Assembly: GCA_951406725.2 (NCBI GenBank)
Contig: OX597831.1
Location: 41,850,001 to 41,914,000, forward strand
Direction: 5' to 3'
Source: Octopus vulgaris
Lineage: Eukaryota
DNA length: 64,000 bases
Under the pieces are notes generated by a model. It searched no databases and was not told the DNA's origin. It worked only from the letters and a program-made list of their open reading frames with translations. This document shows, one piece after another, positions 51,510 to 64,000 of the stretch. The translations under genes and the position numbers were made by a program. Within the stretch, counting starts at the first letter, position 1. Every line of letters starts with the position of its first letter.

Positions 51510-51864
51510 TGTAAAGGCTTCGAAAACGCCAAGAATCTAAACACACGTGTTTAGTTTCTGAGCAAATTTTAATTTCCAAAATGGCACAAGGGAGGATTGA
51601 GGTTGATAGCGGAAGCACCACTTTCTACTAGTTTGTTATTCTGGAACAAGCTTGTTTTTTTGGGGGGCAGTTAATAAAAAAAAAAGGGGGAAAGAAAAGA
51701 AAGAGTAATTATTCACTTTTTCGTTCTCGTTGGTTCTGATTTCAGGGAAGGATCAGGTAAGATAAACATGGAAACGGATAATTTATAAATAAATGGATAG
51801 CTATAAATAAGTGAACCAACAGATGAATAAATAAACGCAGAGTATTATACACACACAAGCACAT

Positions 51865-51895
<31 letters not shown>

Positions 51896-52053
51896 CAGAG
51901 AGGGAGAGAGAGAAACCGACAAACTGAGAAGGGAGAAAGGAAGAGAGCAGAGATAACGTTATTTTTAACACACATGCGTATATGCGTACGCACAATACAT
52001 TATATTATAAATTTATAGATAGATAGTAAGATAGACACACAGATAATGCATAC

Positions 52054-52115
<62 letters not shown>

Positions 52116-52515
52116 ACTCATGTATATATTTGTCGGTATATATAATGCCCGCTCATACACAGACATTAAATAGCGAGATAAAAAAAAAGACATCTAGCAA
52201 TAAACAGGTATATATGTACATTATTTAATCTTTATACGCAACGCGTACTTTATACATACGTACATACATACATACATACATACATACATACATACACACA
52301 TACATACATACACATACATACATACATATATACATACATACATACATACATACATACATACATACATACATACATACATACATACACACACACATACATA
52401 CATACATACATACATACATCATACATACATACATGCATCATACATACATACATACATACATACACACATACATACATACATACACACATACATACATACA
52501 CATACATACATACAT

Positions 52516-52546
<31 letters not shown>

Positions 52547-54263
52547 TACATACATACATACATACATCATACATACATACATACACACACACATACATAC
52601 ATACATACATACATCATACATACATACATACATGCATCATACATACATCATACATACATACATCATACATACATACATACATACATACATACATACATAC
52701 ATACACACATACATACATACATACATACATACATACATACATACATACATACATACATACATACATACATACATACAAGTCTCGAACGCTACATATTTAG
52801 TCAGGTGTAAACAACGTGTCTGCATATACACAGAAAACATTTCCATTCCTTTATTCCGTATCTTGAATATTGAACTGGAATTTCATCAGTGACTGTGTCC
52901 AGGAACAGACTGCTTATAAACCCATCACTATTAAGGCTTTCAAATAGGCTGAGAATACCATTAATCAATATTCTGCACCCACTATCCATAGGTAGCCGTA
53001 GTCCTCAGACACCTCCTCCGTAGGGTCCAGTCAGAAGCAATCGTCATTACACTTTCTAGCTGGATTCCGATGCATGTCCAACAGAGACTAAGGATATCAT
53101 CCAACCATCTCATTCTTGGTCTACCCCTAGATCTCTCGCCAGTTGGTTCGGTTAGAAGAATTTGTCTTGTGATTTTTTTCCTATGACATTCTAATCACAT
53201 CCTATATACATTACTGATCCGTCAATAGTGTAGAGATCTTTTCTATTTGGCTGCACTTCTTGAAATTTTAAAATCAAGTGAAAATTTTCGAATTTGGTAT
53301 ATTTATGTAATTTTCCATGCTGAATCTCGAGACCTAATTCACTTGTTCCCAAAAAAATTTTTAAAGAACAGTTAGAGGTTTAAAATTTGATCATTTTACC
53401 CCAGCCAGAAAACATAATTTGGTAGTAGAAAAGATCCTAGTGTTGTTTTCATTGGTGTATTTGGTATGCTGAGGTGGTGCAACGTTTTAAGCGTTTGGCC
53501 AATCACGCAGCAACGAGTTCGATGCTGCATAGCTCTCGGGCAAGTGTAACTTTCCACAGCCTTATGTCGCCCTTATAGCTTGTGAGTGAAAATGCGTGGA
53601 CAAAAATTGTCTAAAAGACTTATCAGATGGGTTGTACCCGTAATTCGAAGGTCTGGCTCTGTCACAGAGTGTCTGGCTGATTTCGCCAGAAAATTAGATT
53701 AAAGATACGCGTATCTGGGGGAATAATCAGTTATTTAGATACAATAAATGAACAAGCCTGGACAAGTAAAATTTCGACCCGAGATCAGTTGAAGTGCATG
53801 TATGTATGTATGTATGTATGTATGTATGTATGTATGTATGTATGTATGTATGTATGTATGTATGTATGTATGTATGCATGTGTATGTTTATATGGATATG
53901 TATACACACGCGCACACACATACATATATATATACATATGTGTGTGTGTACTTATATATAAAATAAAAATTAAAATAATATATATATATATATATAAATT
54001 TATAAGTATAAATTAATAATTAAAAAATTTTTAAAAAATTCTAACTTTAAATTTAAATAATTTAAAATTTTGAATTTTATATTTTATATATTTTGTATAT
54101 TATATTAATTAATTTCATTTCTATGTTTTGGTTTATATTTTTCACTGTTTGATTTGCCTAATAGTGGTTTTATCTCTAATTTAATATATAAATATATATA
54201 TTTATACTGTAAAATTAGATTTATTCCTAAATCTAATTTTTCCCTGTAAGTTTGGATTTACTC

Positions 54264-54338
<75 letters not shown>

Positions 54339-54778
54339 CATATCTTCAGTTCAATGTTAAATTGTTTTTTTTATACAACTTGACATTAAAGTAAACAGAC
54401 ACACACGCGCACATTTATGTATATGTGTGTGCATATGGTATACGCATATATTTATGTATACATTATATTTATGCGTGTGTTCGTGTATAAGTCGCACCCC
54501 AGGTTTTTCAGTTAAAAATCAACCATAAAAGAGTGCGCCTTATATACGAGTGAATACGATATATGCGTGTGTTTGTGTGTAGGTGTTGCGTGCGCACACA
54601 CATACTGTATACTTAGACATGTTTTATGTATTCATGTATGTGAGTAAATAACGCGAGATAAAAACTAGTGTTTGTTGTCATTATCTTATTTGTTTTTGCA
54701 TTTAAATTTAAATAACATTTCGACAAACAGTTCATACATTCGCACGTTCATATCACAGAGAAAAGGTGATAGAGATAG

Positions 54779-54824
<46 letters not shown>

Positions 54825-54856
54825 TGTGTGTGTGTGTGTGTGTGCTCGCGCGCAGA

Positions 54857-54892
<36 letters not shown>

Positions 54893-55544
54893 TGGTGGTG
54901 GGACGAAAGGAAAGTTTTAAGATTTGACAAGCCTCTCTGTTATCCTTTGGCAGTATTAAATCTCCGGCAAAATCTTATCTGGAACCAAAACACGAAAGGC
55001 ATTGAAATTTTAATTCCTTTTCTCTTCAAATTTTACGTTAATTTCCACCCTTTCAATACAGGCACAACCGCTTTTTTCCATGCCCCCTGTTTGTCTTATC
55101 TCCCCCCCCCCCCGCACACACACACACACACGTACAGACACCCATAGATACACGTGTATTTTTGGGTATCTGTATTTGTATTATATATTTATATTTTTAA
55201 CATGCATCTTATCTATGCTTGTCGGCTGTTTGCTTGCCCATCTCTATATTTGTTTTTTCTATTAATCTATCTATCTATCTGTCTGTCTATCTTTCTTCTC
55301 TGACCACCGGTCCGTCTACATACCACTTGGTCTACCTACCCACGTATGTATGTATGTATGTGTGTGTGTATGTATGCATGTATTTTTCTTTCTTCCTATC
55401 TATCTGTCCGACTGTTTGTCGGTTTGTATAACCCTCAATCTATCTATATGTCTGTCTGTCTTTCTGCCTGCCTATCTGTTTATCTACCGATTTATCTATG
55501 TATCTGTCTGTCAGTTTGCTTATCCCTCAATCTATCGATCTCTG

Positions 55545-55604
<60 letters not shown>

Positions 55605-55605
55605 G

Positions 55606-55657
<52 letters not shown>

Positions 55658-55709
55658 GTCTGATTATCTATCTATCTATCTATCTAACTATCTATCTCTC
55701 TGTCTATCC

Positions 55710-55793
<84 letters not shown>

Positions 55794-56359
55794 GTTTATG
55801 TGTCTGTCTACGTATCTCTCTGTCTATCTGTTCGTCTGTATATCCATTCATCCACCTATCTATCCAACCATCCATTCTATCTATCTCTCTGTCGACGTAG
55901 CTATCGCATCTTTACAATAATCCACCTCTCTTCCATTCACCCATCTATCCAGCCAGCCATATAGCCAACTCGCCATCAAGCAGTCTATCAGCACCATTTT
56001 ATAAATATAACACATGTTCAGTAAACAACTATTGAGTAAACAACTATTTAAATACACACGAATCGTTTAATCGTCGGAGTCGCACGTCTTAACAAGCCAA
56101 ACATTTATGTTTAAATGAGGGAGGGGCAACTGTCCTGAGGGCCCCTAGCCAGAAGTTCCACTCGCCCCTTTTGCTTGAGGCAAGTTTCATTAGAATTTGA
56201 GTAAAGTTTGAAGAATCTTTTGGAGGTTAACATGCAGTTTAGTGTCAGGAAAAAGTGTAATTGCGATAGGAACCTAAAATTATGACAGTGAAATCCCATG
56301 ATTTGATTTTGTATAGCATGAAAATTTGTTTACTATTACACACTATATCTATCTATCTA

Positions 56360-56391
<32 letters not shown>

Positions 56392-56395
<4 letters not shown>

Positions 56396-56580
56396 TAATC
56401 CAAACATGAAAACACAGAGAAAACACAACAACGCGAGGACGTGGAACAAATATAGTATTATTGGACGCTCAGGAAGGAAGGGAAGAAGGAGGGTTTTACG
56501 TTTCGAGCGGAGCTCTTCGTCAGAAACATAGGAAAAGGAAAGATCCAGAGAAAGGAAGACGGAGGAAAAAAATCGCCAAG
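56392..56580 (-). mobile_element. Short Penelope-like non-autonomous element adjoining (TA)n; related copies at 26192-26400, 61770-61857, 61872-62030
   Basis: Shared sequence gttaatccaaacatgaa...caacaacgcg.ggac.tggaacaa.tatagt.ttattgga.gctcaggaa; each copy abuts a (TA)n run; carries the hammerhead motif. Confidence 0.65.
56493..56527 (-). ncRNA. Minimal type-I hammerhead ribozyme motif
   Basis: Minus strand: guuu-CUGACGA-a-gagc(ucc)gcuc-GAAA-cg-UA-aaac. Extra A after A9 and a palindromic mini stem III (ACGU), as in Penelope-type minimal hammerheads. Confidence 0.7.
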
Positions 56581-59154
56581 CACACACACACACACATACA
56601 TATATTCATACATACATACATAAATATATATGTACATATATATACATAAAATGTGTGTGTATGTATGTGTGCGTATGTTGATAAAATCGGAGTCGGATAA
56701 AATGAAATACCTATTTATTTATTACCCACAAGGGGCTAAACACAGAGGGGACAAACTAGGACAGACATAGGTATTAAGTCGATTACATCGACTCCAGTGC
56801 GTAACTGGTACTTAATTTATCGACCCCGAAAGGATGAAAGGCAAAGTCGACCGTATGTACTGAGGTCGGGGATATCGGCTAACCCCATCTCTCCTCAAAA
56901 TTATCGGTCTCCTGCCTAAATCAGAAACTGAGGAAACGCCACTAAAGTCTCTCTCTCTCTCTCTTTCTCTGTCTGTCTGTCTGTGCGCGCGTGCGTGTGT
57001 GTGTGTGTTTTAAGCCATAGTTTGATTCAAAAGTTTCAGTTAGTTTTTGGCTAGAAATGCGAAGTTAGATAACGACTCAATCAAACAGCGTGATGCAGGT
57101 AAGATGGTTTGCATTTAGTTTCAGTATGGCGGTTAAATGACAACGTTTGTTGTATAAGAAGCAGAACGTGAGTGAAGACGGATATAAATAAGGACAGAAC
57201 GAAACTGAACGATGTCACTTGTGAGCTCAAATCATTGAAAGACATGAAATAAAAGAGACTCAGTATTTTCTGTGGCCAACAAGAAAGAGAAACAAAAGAG
57301 AAGAGAGATGTACTGGATGTGTTGGTAGATAATTAATTCCATTGACGCCATGGGAAGACTTGTCTGTTATCTACAGACTTCGAGGCAGAGAGGGATACAC
57401 ACTGCTAGTGTAATACAGTCGTATTCTACTAGAATTGCTAGAAGGAAGATACTTAAAATTCCTTGTTTGTGTGAATATTGAGAGAGAGAGAGGAATAATG
57501 AATAAAGAAAATTTTTAAAGGCCGAAAACAGTGGCGGATAAGAAAAAAAAGAGGGAATAAGTGAGGAAGACGAGTAAAGCGGTGGAGAGAAAAAGACAGG
57601 GTAACTTTATGGAGAATAATGTATCGTTGTGTTGGTTAAGAAGCTCGTTTTGGAACCAGGTTGTTTCAGGTTCAGATCCACTGCACAGCACCTACTATCG
57701 TCCCGGATTGACCAATGCTTTGTCAGTGAATTTTGTAGAGGGAAATTGTATGGAACCCCGTCGTGTGTGTGTGTTTTCTTGTATTTGTCCCCTACCACTT
57801 CTTGACAATGGATGCTGGTTTGTTTACGTCCCCGTAACCCAGCGGTTCGGTACGTCTTAGTTCGTGCAATCGGGGCATTTATTCACAGAGAGTACTCAAC
57901 AACTGATTAGAAATTAGATGGGGGTTATGAGCAATGACAAGATGAAATATAATAAATGGAAACGAATGAATCTCGTATATCTCAATGTAAAGTAAACATG
58001 CTTGTCTGAAATAGCAGCAAAATCACTCCCGTATACCCTATTGTCTAAAAAAATAAATAAAAAGAAAGAAAGAAAGAAGGAAGGAAAAGAGACACATTAG
58101 ATATATAGTCCTAGATGGCCTGGCTCTCCGTCGGTTACGACGACGAGTGTTTCTGTTGAGCTGATCAACCGAACAGCCTGCTCGTGAAATTAACGCGCAA
58201 GTAGATGGGCACCCCAAAGATACACGTACCAAAGAATGTGCCAAAGCTGGCCTTTCAACTTACGGATGCAACTCATTTTTGCGAGCTGGGTGGAGTGGAG
58301 CAACGAGAAATAAAGTGTCTTGCCCAAGGACACAACACGCCGCCTAGAATCGAACTCACGACCTTACAATTGTGAACCGAATACCTCTAACCACTAAGCT
58401 ACGCTTCTTCACAGTTCTAGATACACTATGTCTGAACTCAAAAAAAGATTATCTCAACAGGAATACTGCGTTTATAGGCATGCTCAGTAGAGCTGCTAAC
58501 CTAGGGCTAAACAACAGCAACAACGATTGCAAAAGCAATTACAATGATGGATATATGTCTGGGGTAGGGGACTGCCACCCGCTCATTCTCACTCAAAGAA
58601 CCACACATTTACTATATCTATTTTCAGACGCCATCCTATCAACCCAAATCCTCCAGAAGTTAGATGGGTTATCTTAAACCAGGCACCACGTAAGTTGACA
58701 CCTATTCCCATTACTTATGGATTTTTTTTCCTTCTTTGTTGACGATAGATTGGCAAAATCGTTGAAGTGTCAGACAGAAATACTTTGCAGTATTTGTTTG
58801 TTCTGGATCTTTAAGTTCTGAGTTCGAACCCCGCCGAGGTTAACTTTACCTTTTATCTTTCTGGCGTTGATTTAACCCTTTATCATTTAAACCGGTTCTA
58901 TCTGACTCGAATATTCTACTGGTTTTTATATTCAAACCGGCTAAATCTGGCCTCTCACACTTACGCTACAATGCCACTTTAAACAGAAATAACAATCACA
59001 TCATCAAAATCTCAAAGCTACCAGATAATGCATAATAAATTAGCGCAACATTTGACAGAATAATCGAAATGTGAAAGGGTTAATCAACCACTCGCTCTTA
59101 CATATAAATTTGTGACCTTCACCTTATGTCTACGTTATTATCTGGAGTTGTCTA

Positions 59155-59580
59155 AGGCAGCGAGCTGGCAGAATCGTTAGCACGTCGGGCGAAATGCTTA
59201 GCAGTATTTCGTCTGTTGCTAAGTTCTGAGTTCAAATTCCGCCGAGGTCGACTTTGCCTTTCATCCTTTCGGGGTCGATTAAATAAGTACCAGTTACGCA
59301 CTGGAGTTGATATAATCGACTGAATCCGTTTGTCCCCTCTGTGTGTAGCCCCTTGTGGGTAGTAAAAGAAATAAGAATCGTTAGCACGCCGGGCAAAATG
59401 CTTCGCGGCACTTCGTCTATCCTTACTTTCTCGGTTCAAATTCCGTCGAGGTCGACTTTACCTTTCATACTTTCGGGGTCGATAAAATAAGCCACAATTG
59501 GACACTGGGATCGATGTAATCGAGTAACCCCCCACTCCCCCGAAATTGCTAGCCTTGTACCAAAATTTGAAATCATTATT
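59155..59580 (+). mobile_element. Two consecutive SINE family A copies
   Basis: A full copy at 59155-59373 is followed directly by a second head, agaatcgttagcacgccgggc. Confidence 0.8.
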
Positions 59581-60020
59581 TGGAGTTGTCTTTTGGTTAG
59601 AATCATTGGCTGCTTTGCTTGTGTTATGAGTTCTGAAGTCAGCTTTACTTTTCAACTTTACGGAGTTAAAACTTCCACTAAACTGGCACTCCGTCGGTTA
59701 CGACGACGAGTGTTTCTTTTGATCCTATCAAAAGAACAGGCTGCTCGTGAAATTGACATGCAAGTGGTTGAGCACTCCACAGACACGTAGTTCTCAGGAA
59801 GATTCAGCATGACACAGAATGTGACATGGTTAGCCCCCTTTGAAATGCAGGTACTAACCATTTCTGTCAGCTGAGTGAACTGGAGCAACGTAAAATAGAA
59901 CGCCTTGCTCAAGAACACAACGCGCCGCCGGGAATCGAACTCATCACTTTCCGATCGCAAGCCGAATATACTAACCAGTAAGCAAGTCGCTTTCATTGAG
60001 ACTTCATTTAAAACCTATAT

Positions 60021-60252
60021 ATTTCTTTACTACCCACAAGGGGCTAAACACAGAGAGGACAAACAAGGACAAACAAACGGATTAAGTCGATTATATCGAC
60101 CCCAGTGCGTAACTGGTACTTAATTTATCGACCCCGAAAGGATGAAAGGCAAAGTCGACCTCGGCGGAATTTGAACTCAGAACGTAAGGGCAAACGAAAT
60201 ACGGTTACGCATTTCGCCCGGCGTGCTGCCGTTTCTGCCAGCTCGCCGCCTT
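60021..60252 (-). mobile_element. SINE family A
   Basis: 18-bp TSD ttcatttaaaacctatat (60003-60020, 60253-60270). Confidence 0.9.
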
Positions 60253-61692
60253 TTCATTTAAAACCTATATGCGTTACAGGGGCAAACCGGACTACAGATT
60301 TCCAACAAGCCAGTAGTGTCAGTTACGACTCAGCAAAATAAATACCATCTGGTATTTTTATTTTTTTATTCAATGCACCGAATTATGCCTGATTTCTATA
60401 CTGCACAGTGTATTAACACATTTAAGTAGATGTACGATGTATATATATGAAAAGCAGCGGGCATATGGATTGTACTGAGTCGTTTGACCGACCGACTGCT
60501 CCCTATGTTTTATAAGGTCTGCTCGATAAGAATTGACCTGGGGCTTCACAACAACAAGAACATCGTCTAAAAACCTAAGAGAAAGAACTACAAAGCTATC
60601 TTCCGTTAACATAGCTCTGTACCATCACTCTCGCCGTTATCAGCAGCCTGTCAAAAGACATTTTACCATCCAACCTCGTAAGTAAATTTTATTCGCTTTA
60701 CTATTATATACTTCCATTTCCTTCCACCGCAACACTGATTCCCTTCCTCAACACACATACAATAAAATGTTTATTGCTTGTCAAATTGTTATCAGTGCAC
60801 ATTAATTTTGTATCAATAGCTTTTTGCCTCGATACAAGGCCTCTTTTATATTTGGTTTCGGAAATGGAATGGAAGATAGTCAATGGAATCTAATTCCATA
60901 TCTTACTGGTAAGATTGTGATCATCGAAGCAGTAATTCCAAATAGATACGGCAAGAACGATATTTCATCAATTCAAACGGTATTAGCCGTGTAAAACTGT
61001 TATTTCCTAGAACTACTGCTCAATTCAATTCCTAGGCGCTGGCAGTTTTGCGTGGTTGAGAAGTTTGTTTTGCAATGACGTGGTTTCGAATCCAGTCCTA
61101 CTACTATAACAGCCTCGGGCCGAATAATATCTGGAGAGTGAATTTATATGACGGAAACCGCGTGGCGATAGTCGTATGTGTGTGTGTGTGTGTGTATGTA
61201 TATATATATATTTGTTTTTTCTGTCTCTTCTTCTCCACTTTCACGTGACCTGCTGGTTAACTGGCCTTTCCGCTGGTGACCGCTGCTGTGACAACACGGC
61301 CTCTCTCTTCGTCTGCCGAAAAGGCAATTATTTCAAAATACGCCCGCTAAGATAAGTTCAATTGTCTAAAGTCGTAAGACACACGCTGTTTTTGTCCCGT
61401 TATTACCATTCTTGTTTTTAATTTTATTTTTGTTTTTTGTATTTATATTCGTGTGGCATCGTCCGTTTTTCTGTCCTTGTTTCGTTTACATTCGATCCTT
61501 TTTCCAAGTAATCTAATGCTCGCAGCTTAGTTTTTCCTTGGGGCTAGCCGGATCTGAGCAATATCAGGATTAATTAGCCGAAATTTGCTATGACGATCCG
61601 GTTCCTGACTGAAGATTAGAGGCTTCGAATGACCCGTCCGTTCTTTGTTTCGTCTTTTTGTGTTTTTTTGCGTTCTTGTCCCATTTTGTATT

Positions 61693-61771
<79 letters not shown>

Positions 61772-62631
61772 TTAATCCAAACGGGAAAACAGAAAAAACA
61801 ACAACACGTGGAACAATTACAGTATTATTATTATTAGCTCAGGAAAATGGAAGAAGGATATATATATATATAGTTAATCCAAACATGAAAGCACAAAAAA
61901 GCACAACAACGCGAGGACGTGGAACAAATATAGTGGCAAACTTACGTTCTAGTAATGGCACCGTAATGGCAAACTTACGGTTCTAGACATCGCCAATATG
62001 GTATTATTGGACGCTCAGGAAAGAAGGAACACACGAGTGTGTGGGTGCGTCTTTGAGTTCCCCTGCTGTTTAACAAGTTTGTTGATGTTCCCGTCGTATA
62101 TATGTTGGGATTTTGTTTGTATCGTTTTTGAAATTTGAACACATTTTACCTCTTTTCAAATATTTAGATACTAAGATAAGTTTCAGCCAGAACTGGTCCA
62201 GGCTATGACTAACTTAATAGCACCACTTGGAAAATACATTTAATGATGTTTATATTACAGTACAGACAGTCTTTGAGCACTATGACCCATTCGAGTAAAG
62301 AGATATTACTCACAAAGATATATCCGGATGTAGGTGGTTTATCTGAAATTTGTTGGAGATATTCGTCCATAAATCGTTTGGTCCTATTTCTCCTCTTATG
62401 AGTCTTAGCATGATGTTAAAGAAAGCAGGGCCAGCTGAGGTGAAATAGTTCCGTCTTAGTGTTGTGATGTGATACAAGCATGATTTTTGTAAAGAACTGA
62501 TGTCACGGGGACCAAACGTTGGGTGAATTTTGAAGTTGATACCAACATTATTTGAGCAATGTTGATGGAATATTTTATGACGATGAAACACCAAATAGAA
62601 AACAAAAAACGAACCAATTTATCAGAGCACC

Positions 62632-62801
62632 GGCGATCCTTCGGTATAGGTACCGTAAGTGGCTTTGCTTACATTTCTGAAGATAACAGAAACCCTTTTC
62701 TCCCTAACCCTAACACAAACCCTAACCCCCCATATATATAAAAAAAAAACACTTTCCTGAAATGTATCCGGTATTTCCGGTACCTATACCGAAGTTACAC
62801 C
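62632..62801. mobile_element. 170-bp MITE with 9-bp TSD and internal CCCTAA repeats, nested in a decayed LINE fragment (~62290-62870)
   Basis: TSD cagagcacc (62623-62631, 62802-62810); TIR core cttcggtataggtaccg / cggtacctataccgaag. Confidence 0.8.
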
Positions 62802-63189
62802 CAGAGCACCCAATGATTACTAAATTCAGTAGCTGGGCATCAGTCTAATTAATGAACAAGCGAATCAACAGTTATCAGAGTTCAGTACATGCAACATGAC
62901 TACTAAATCTTGATAGATTTAAACTTCGTATATTTTTATCTTTTGATTCCCTCCAGAATCAATAAAATATATGCTTCTAATACATTACTATCGAGCCGAT
63001 TATCGATATCCTTTACTTGGGAAAACTGGTCTCGTTAATAATGAATATCATGCATTTTGTGAAAGACGGCGTAGTTGGAAATCACTGGTTCACAGTATTT
63101 CTAATGGTATTAGCGACATATTGTGTGCATATTGTGTGTGTATATATGCATATATTTGTGTGTGTGTGAGAGAGATTAAAGGCTTTTGG

Positions 63190-63815
63190 CTCTCAAGAGA
63201 AGCGTCTGTGGAGCTGTCATGACACGAAGAAAAACGTGTACAGTGCCGCAGTGTTCCCTGACTTTCTCTACGCCACGGAATGCATGGCCCTCTACCGTAA
63301 GCATCTGAAGGACCTGACGCAAGTCCAACTTTGTCATCTGCGCTCCATCTTGCATATCAGATGGCAAGATATCAATCACTCCTGATGCAGAGGTCTTGCT
63401 CCACGTTGGCGCAGTTAGTGTGGAGGCCCTCGTAAACTCATCGCAGCTGCGCTGGGTGGAATATGTTTGCGTAATGGAGGGCAGCAGGCCCTCAAAGGCA
63501 GTTTTCTACAGTGAATAGCGTCAGGGTAGGCGGAGCTGTGGTGGCCAAAGGTTCCGATACAAAGATATGCTGTATGAAGAACTCCGTCATCTCCCCAGAC
63601 ACTTGGGAGGAAAAGACCCTGCGACGTGATGAATGACACTGACCGCTGAAGCTCGTAATTCCACTTATTGAGGAGAAACAACAGAGCGAATACGAAAGAG
63701 CATATGAGAAGCATCTCCTTTACGTTGCTTCAAGTAGCTTTACCTACAGTAGATGTTATCTTTGCTGCAGATCAAGAGCGGGCCTTCTAGCCCATATTCG
63801 AGCCTGACGGAGATG
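63190..63815 (+). mobile_element. Degenerate RTE-BovB-like LINE fragment
   Basis: Plus-strand remnants VYSAAV...LYATE / LYRKHLKDLTQVQLCHLRSILHIRWQD. Confidence 0.7.
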
Positions 63816-64000
63816 ATTACTGAACAGGAACAGTCCACGATATATAAACACATGAAATGATTTACTTACAACGTCTTAAGATGCTATAAGTACATTATGT
63901 CACACAGTATTCCCCTATCTTGTACTATTTATCTGTACTCTATGACCATTATATCCTACAAACCTGCAACGTGGAATTATCCGTGTACAAACATGAATTT

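Overview
This is AT-rich, microsatellite-dense eukaryotic DNA. The repeat landscape suggests an octopus or other coleoid cephalopod (inference). The only protein-coding gene I can support is an integrin beta subunit on the minus strand. Nine GT-AG coding exons (33674 down to 673) splice in phase into 270 codons covering the signal peptide, PSI domain, hybrid N-segment and most of the beta-I domain; the gene continues off the left edge. It is unusual: MIDAS DxSxS and the MIDAS Glu are kept, but all three ADMIDAS aspartates (DLSASMKRS; FIAGSSFH), the SyMBS Asn and the conserved GD(G)K Asp are replaced. The introns and upstream DNA hold tRNA-type SINEs, RTE and CR1/L2 LINE fragments, Tc1/mariner, hAT, piggyBac-type and TTAGGG-carrying MITEs, non-autonomous Helitrons, and a 1.45-kb telomere-like 70-bp satellite. 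They also hold at least three unrelated families of short elements carrying type-I hammerhead ribozyme motifs (Penelope/retrozyme-like), one in a ~358-bp partial tandem unit on the sense strand of an integrin intron. Repeat copies inside the gene body show CpG decay that upstream copies lack. Nearly all listed ORFs are microsatellite or transposon artefacts.
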